From assembly GCF_009914755.1 (NCBI RefSeq), contig NC_060941.1: a stretch of 64,000 nt of DNA, one strand, 5' to 3'. A program made the position numbers and the translations under genes. This DNA is from the human T2T-CHM13v2.0 reference genome, Homo sapiens. Position 1 is the first letter of the stretch. Every line of letters begins with the position of its first letter. Of the stretch, positions 56,523 to 64,000 are shown piece after piece. The notes beneath the pieces were generated by a model. The model ran no database searches. It was not told where the DNA came from and worked only from the letters and a program-made list of their open reading frames with translations.

Positions 56523-58550
56523 CTGGAGACAGACAGAGAAGGGGGACCCTGTAGGCTGGACAGACGGGAGCTGAGGGATGTTCACCAGAGAAGGCTGGAG
56601 ACCCTTCCCTACTCTATTGCCCCAAGGTTTCATTCAACCACCATTCCAGACCCTAACCCCATTGTATCTCCAAACTGCCTATGATGAGGGAAAATCAAAC
56701 AGAAGGATGCCAGGGTTTGGTGCATCTAGAACTCAGAAGTGCCCTTGTATCCTTGGTAATGAATAAGAAATGAATAGATACAACCTCAGTTTAAGGAGAA
56801 ATGGTTTCTTAAATCTACTGTTGAGTCCCCTGGTGAGGACTGAAATAAGAGATAAACAAGGAATTCTCAAATGCATCATGTTTGATATTACATTCTCCTT
56901 CGTCTTCATAATCCTAAGAATTCCTTACGGGAATATTCAGCTTGGAAAAGAAAATGGCAGAAAACGTGAAGGAGAGGAAAATAGCAGATCTGGGCAGAAA
57001 AACATGCCCCTGGGAGGCGGGAGCCTGGATCTTGACTCTGATATGGGATAACTGAAGCTCAGAGGGGACCAAGTGGACTAAACAGCTTCTGAGGGTCTTT
57101 AATGTTCTAGTAGTCTATGGAATTAAAATGAATTTTGTTTTAGGAATATTTTGCAGAATTTGATAAGATCTGGGGGTATAGTTGGTGATATTATGGGACC
57201 AAAGCAGGATGGGAATATCACTAGGCTAAGTAAATGTGCGCTTTGGGATGCCAAAATGGCCATTTCCCTGGGTCCCTAAGGCAGAGAGCAGTAGCTGTCA
57301 ACCTTGGCGGCTTGAAAAGGAGTGTTGTGACCACTTACTCTCAAGTAACTCATTCAAAAAAAGTACTAAAATCTGCAAATGATTTGTCCTAGGAAAGCGA
57401 TCAGGGCAGATGCAAAGGCACGCCAGAAGTGTCATTTTCTCCTGCTTGCCTCCACATGGCTTCGTGAGTGGGAGTGAGCAGTGGGCTATAGTAAACATTC
57501 CACCCCCACCCCCTCTGGAGTCGCCTTGATGCCTGTGAGCGTCATGGCCAAGTGGGGGCTGAGAAGCCCCCCGATGGCCGAGGGAGGGGGAACAGGGGGT
57601 TGGCAGGGGACTCTGCTCATGGGAGAGGCATCCACAGGGTGCTAGAGCTTAGCTTCTGGGTTTACTGCTTGGGTTTGTTCTTCTTGGACGCCTGTGATCT
57701 CAGACTCCGGGAAGGAGGGTGTTTGCTGTTTTGTGGTTTTCGGCTGTCTGAACTGGAATGCATTGTCTCTATTACCCCATCCACCCCCTCTGTGTTCTCA
57801 TCATCTGCGAACGTCAGAGTCAGAACTGACTCGCCCTCTTGCTCTCCTTGAGTTAGTCATCAAGCACATCCTGAGGGTCGCCTGGTTCTGTCCTCTCTCC
57901 TCCACTCCCACTGCCCTATCCCGGTTCAGGACCCTGCTATCCGTTGAGCTGCCAGGGTGATCCATTGAGCGAGCACCTCTGACCCCATCACTCTCCTGTG
58001 TGAGGAGGCTCTCTGATGGTACCCTATTGCTTAAAAGGCAAATTCCATTTTTTTTTTTTTTTTTAGCTTGGCATTTAAGGCCTTTCACAATCTGGTTTCA
58101 AATTACTCTCAATGACTTGAACCTGCACCCAACATTCCGGCATTTCCTGAACATGCCATGCGCTTCCACACCTTCATGACTGTGGACCCCCTGCTTTCTC
58201 TGCTGGGAATGCCTTTCCTCTCCTTCTCTGGCCACAAACTTCTGATCCATTTCCCAGATCCAGCTCGGATGTCGCTTCCTCTGTTCTCCAGACTGAAAGA
58301 ATCATTCCTTCAGCTTTGGCCAATATGATTGAGAATATCTCTTTACCTCCGCGTTTATCCTACCCTACCGTGATGATTTGTTTTTGTCTCTTTCTAAACT
58401 GTTTCCCTCTGTGTGTCCTCACTACCTGGCATAGTGCCAGACACACAATAGTTGCTCAATAAATGTGTTGACTGGCTGTTGCAGAAACCCACTGGCACTT
58501 TGTCTATTCCCCAAATCTTACATTGCTTCAAATATTGGTTTACGACGTAC

Positions 58551-58975
58551 CCTCTGGGCATGTGGTAAAGGGGGCATCTGACAGGGTCTGGCTGTTGCTC
58601 CTGGTGGCTGGACAGGGGTTGCTGGGAGAAGCAGCTCCAGGTTGAACGGAGTTCTGGTGTCCTGGGGTCCGCTGGGGTGGAGAAGACCCTGGTTCTGGGC
58701 AGCCGTTGATCAGCACAATGGGTATGTCCACCATGGAGTTGGTGATGGATGGGGGGCAGCTGCTGGCATGTTCTTTGGCCAGTGGTGGAGAGTGGGGTGT
58801 TCTGGGTTGGCCCATGGTTAGGGTGGGGTTTCTGGGAGCCTGGAAGTCACTGGGTCTTGTACACAGGGACACTGAGCCAAGGCTGTGGAGGCTGGAGGAA
58901 GAGTTGGCTGGACTTTCCAAGGATCTGGAAGATGACTGATGGCTGGAGTTGCTGGAGTGCAGGAGGGACTGGCTG
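58551..58975 (-). CDS. TNS4: TNS4 coding exon (Ser/Pro-rich)
   Basis: gcag|C AGC CAG: SSQSLLHSS...FTTCPE G|gtac; 425 nt; phases consistent. Confidence 0.95.
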
Positions 58976-60060
58976 CTGCAGCGGGAGAGAGTCAGACAGG
59001 GTGTTAGGGCAACAGGTGGCTCAGGGGCTAGAGTCAGGCTCCGGATCTGGTGATCTGGGTTCCCATGGCTTTAAAGGCCAAATAGAACACTGCATACCCC
59101 ACCCTCTACAGCCCACAGCAAAGTGCATGCCCACCTAATCCTCAAGGGATGGTAAGGATACAGAAATGTCCTTGGATGGTAGGGTCTTTGGTCACTTAAA
59201 GTAGCCAATGAGCTGACCCCTGCAGGCTTTGGGCATAGGCTGGCCCACATTCCGTCTGCCTTCCCAGCCAGGCCGTTCTGACTGAGCTGTCGGATCAGGA
59301 TCCCTTCAGGCCCCCATGACTCCCAGGAGCCCTGCAGATGGGCTGAACCTACGCTGGACCACACCGTGGCTGATGCAGAGGGAACTCCCCAGCTGCAGGA
59401 GAAGGCCAGCTTCACATCCAGCCAGACTTCTTCCTGAGCTCAGGGGCCTGTGCCAGTGGGCATGGCTGTGGAATCCCCAGCCTCTGTGCCAGGGACTGCC
59501 TTGGCCAGTGGCTTTGGAGGTGGAGTGGGAAGCAGAGTCCTGTGGTTCGGTCTTCCTGGGGCAGAATGGGTGCGCATGTGCCTGCAGTTCTGCTGTGAGG
59601 TCTATAGAGAACTGAGCTGGGATGATTGTGATTCCCAGGCAGGGCTGCCTCACTCCTTTGCTAGGTTTTGCCAGCAACAGAGGAAGGAACCTTTTTATTC
59701 CTAAATAGTTCATCTCAGGCCCCCCAATTCTATTTATAGCCCTGTGTTTTGGGGTTTAAAAAAACCTTCCTTGAGATGGGTTGTATGAGGGCTGGAAAGG
59801 ATATAGATGAGCCTCATTAAGGCAACGGCTCTTTTACCAAAAGGTAGCTATAAGTCAAGACTTTTTATATTGAATTGTATTCTAAATGCTTGAGGACAGC
59901 TTGAGATCTGAAAGGCTGTAAAAGCAAACATTTGCTTCTGGTTTTGGTGCATGCCCAGATTTTGCTCAGACAGAGCAGGGTCCCTTTCAGTGATTTTAGG
60001 GGGTGCATGCGTGCATGTGCCTGTGTGTGTGTGTGCAATGTTAGAAGCTACAGAACCTAC

Positions 60061-60484
60061 CTTCCAAACATATAGCTGACATCAGACACTGGGCTGGCTG
60101 ACAGCACAGAGATCCTGCTGCCCCGCTGTGGGGCCAGGCCTCCCAGCCGCTTCTCCAGTCTTGGAGAAGCCACCAGCGGGGAGCCCAAACCATGGGGGCT
60201 CGAGGCCTTGCTCCCCATGCAAGGGATTGAGATGCTGGGGGAATTTGGGGGTCGAGGGGAGAGACCCTCTGAGGGGGGCAGAGGGCGCTGGTGCCCCCTG
60301 CCCTGGTTCCCAGAGAAGATGAGGCTCTCACTGCTGCTTCGTGTCTCTCGGGGGACGTCTCTGGAAAGGAGGAGGCCACCACTGCGAGGGGAGCCGAAGG
60401 GCGGGGTGACAGAGGGGCTGGAGCAGTGCTGGGGGCCATCGTGGCACCTTGATCTGGCGGAGGTCACCTCGATGTACTTTATGT
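60061..60484 (-). CDS. TNS4: TNS4 coding exon (Ser/Pro-rich N-terminal region)
   Basis: aaag|AC ATA AAG: DIKYIEVTSARSRCHDGPQH...SYMFG AG|gtag; 424 nt. Confidence 0.95.
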
Positions 60485-61040
60485 CTTTGGGGGAGAAAAG
60501 CAGAGCATTGGTGAAATGCAGGAGCCTGGACTCATAGAACAGAGAGGCTGGAAGTATCCTCAAGGTCATTCTGTCCCCCCTCTTTTATAGAGATGAGGAC
60601 ACTGAGGCCCAGAGAGGAGAGCCCAACTCCACCTTCAGGGCCCAGTTCCAGTCACCCTCCCTGTGACAACTTCCCTTGGGTGAGGAGATGCAGTAGGGGA
60701 CCCAGGCCTTGGAATCAGACAGACCCAGGCTTCAGATCTGGCTCTGCCACTTATTTTCTGAGAGAGTTTGGCCAAAAGACTTCACCACCCAGGGCCTCAG
60801 TTTCCACACCTGTAAAGTGGGTCAACTGCATTCAGCCTTTTGGTGATACAAAAAGGATGAAGTGAAACTCATGTAGGCAGCACAGCACTGTTCCCGGCAC
60901 AGACCAGGTGCTTAAAAACTGGGCAACTCTCTCCTTTGTCTGTGCCCTGTTCCTAGGTTGAAATGGCCACTTGATGGGTTGTACCAGTGACACTTTCTGA
61001 TGCCTCTGCTACTCAGGATGTGTGAAAGTGGTTTCTCTGA

Positions 61041-61393
<353 letters not shown>

Positions 61394-63897
61394 CTAGACT
61401 CACCCCAGGCTGCGCCTCGTGCCAATTAGATTAAACTCTCCAGGGGGTGAACCCAGGCCTCAGTTTTGTTTGTTTTCCAGTTTTTCAGGTGAGTCCAGTA
61501 GACCATGAATGGCTCAGCAGGACCACATCACCTGGGCTCCACCCCTACAGAAACATAATCTGCATTTTAGCGAGGCCACCCAGGGCATGTGAATATGCAG
61601 TGGAGTCTGAGAACCCTGCTTTGGAGCAGGCACTCCCTGAGCACAGGGCTTGCTGCATTCTTGAGCTATGGATCTCCTGGGGATGGTAGCTGGTACACAG
61701 GGGTCACCCAACACACCCCAGGCTGCCGACGCGCTCCAGCGCTCTTTCCACTCCCTGGTCGGGGCATCCAGGACTCTTGGGATTCTGAGGCCTTGTTCCT
61801 CTCCCGAGGTCGGCCTTGCAGTGGGCTGCTCTGAGGTTCTCCCCAAGGTGAGGATGAACACCCTTCCTCCTGACCTGGGGGAAGGGAATTGTCCTTGGTG
61901 CTGTTCCAGCAAAGCTGGAGGAAGGTGGGGGTTAATGAGCCGCTCCTTTCTGAAGAGTGTGAGTCTTGCCTCTAGCTTCCTGGGATGGAGGCTGGGGAAA
62001 TTGGGGAGAACGTGCACCCTCAGCTCCCACCTGCCTGGGGCCCTGGCACATGCACTGTTCCTCCCCATTATGACTGTGGAGCCCCAGCCTGCCCCAGCCC
62101 GCTCCTGGGTAGGGCCATCTGGCCCTGCTCACAGTTACTGCCTCTGTCTGAGCTTGCTTGGGCCACGGTGGGGGTGGGGAGTTACATCAGATGAGCAAGG
62201 GCTGGCAGCTGACTGGGACTTGCTGCTCAGCGGGTGGAGGAAGAGCCTAGCTTTGTAGCAAAACAAACCTGGGGTGAGTCCTGGCTTTGCTGCTTTTCAG
62301 CCAAGGGCATTGTGCAACTTTCCTAACCTCTCTGAGCCTCAGTTTCCTTATCTGCAAAGTGAGGATCTGAAACCAGTCTTCCAAGGTTGTGATGAGGATG
62401 AAATACAATAGCCGGGAGCCTGGCCCATGGTGAGGCTCGAGAGAGGAGCATTTCCTACCTGCCTGCTTTTTGGGGACAGTATTGGCCAAATGGAGCCCTT
62501 TTCTGGCTAAGGTGGGGATCTCTCTGCTTAGAAAGATGACTGCAAGAAGAGAGTGTTTGGGGCACTGCATTGTGGGCTCTGGAAGAAAAGAGATCTTGGA
62601 ATGGGTTGGATTCTTCTGGAAGGCTGGAAAGCACAACTTCAATTTTTATAGGACTTTATAGTGTTTACACCCATAATCTCCTCTGAACCTTATAATAGCC
62701 CTTGAGCAGGGCAGGCATTATTTTTTACAGAGGAGGAAACTGAGGCTTGGAGAAGAGTGGGGATGGAGCTAACACTTAGTGTACAACGATGTTTCACAGA
62801 GACTGGTCTTTATTGAGTGCAATGTGCCAGGACCACTACGAACACATTGCTTGTTTAGCTCCTTTAACCCTCATGACAACTCTGTGGAAGTAGGGGATAT
62901 TATTAATGCCCATATAACAGATGGGAAATCTGGAAGGCTCAGAAAGGTGAAGTGAGTTATCCAATGCTGCACAGCCAGGGAGTGTTGTTGAGCTCTGTTT
63001 AGGGACTGCTTCTTCCAGGATGAGGAGGGGCTCCTTGGGAACCTGCTCCAAGGCCTTGCCCTGTGAGAAGGTGCTTGGCTGCTTTGGGGAGGGTCTCTTG
63101 GCACAGTGAAGCTCTGGGCTCCCTACTCACTGGGCCATTGAAACATCCATCAGGGACCTTGCTGGGGTCACTGAGTAAGGAGAGCGGGAGGGGAGGGAGG
63201 AGCCCCGTGCTCACCTCAAGGTGGGTGTGGCTGGGGGGTGGGGTTGGGGCCTCTACCCATCGCAGGGGTGCAGTCGCTGTTTACTGGCCTGTGGGGCAAG
63301 TCTGAGCAGTGCTGGGTGGGTGCCGGCGCCAGCCCCAGGCAGGCGGGTGAGTGGAGGGAGGGCGTGTGGGTGAGGGGTGGAGAGATACTTATTAAATACC
63401 CTTCACTTGGGGCGGGTAAACAGCCTTGCCTGGCAGACATTGTTGGAAAATGAAAGTGGGGGGCCTGTTCCAAAGATGGGGTGCGGGGTGTTGGAGAGGA
63501 TAAAGAAAGGGATATGGTGTTTGCTTCTAGGAACCACATTCTCTGTGGGATGGGGGCCCCCAGGGCAAGTTTAAAGGAAGGCAGGGGCAGGGAACCTGGG
63601 GAAGGTTTGTGAAGCGCCCAGGAGGTCGCGCCTCAGAAGAGGAGCCTGCAGGCTGCCTCCAAACGGATGGATTCCGTGATGCCCCAGAGGGCAGAAGACT
63701 AGACTTTAGAAAGAGAGAAAGGACAGTGGCCTATGGAGCCCAGAACCTGGGATTTGAGGCCTGACCTATCTCTCCCTGACTGTGTGACTGTGAGCCATCA
63801 CGTACCCACCCCGAGCCTCAGTTTCCTCATCTGTAAAAGGAGGTTTCCACTATTTCCTTCAAAAGCCAGACACTGGGATCATGGATTACATGGAGTC

Positions 63898-64000
63898 TTT
63901 TTTTTTTTTGAGACAGGGTCTCACTCTGTTGCCCAGGCTGGATTACAGTGGCGGGATCTTGGCTCACTGCAGACTCCACCTCCAAGGCTCAAGTGATTCT
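63898..64000 (-). mobile_element. Alu (truncated by window end)
   Basis: Alu consensus. Confidence 0.9.

Overview
Human (primate) genomic DNA from the IGFBP4-TNS4 locus, recognised from translated exons (17q21 from prior knowledge). It contains the complete 4-exon IGFBP4 gene on the + strand (CDS 15237-28090, 258 aa, TATA box plus CpG-island promoter). It also contains the last 11 coding exons and 3'UTR of TNS4/CTEN on the - strand (SH2 and PTB domains; the 5' end lies beyond the window). The two genes are convergent. Other features are a full-length RPL23A processed pseudogene, about 40 Alus, several solo LTRs and micro/minisatellites. The most unusual observation is upstream of IGFBP4: ~1.3-12.9 kb on the - strand contains about 10 AG/GT-bounded, frameshifted blocks with Gly-X-Y periodicity, CxCP/CPPGP helix-start motifs and possible TSPN/LamG remnants. 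This looks like a heavily decayed, intron-containing, FACIT-like collagen gene (candidate unitary pseudogene), with one exon split by the RPL23A retrocopy. This reading comes from manual translation; no database search was run, so novelty is unverified. Repeat family names and boundaries are by eye and approximate.
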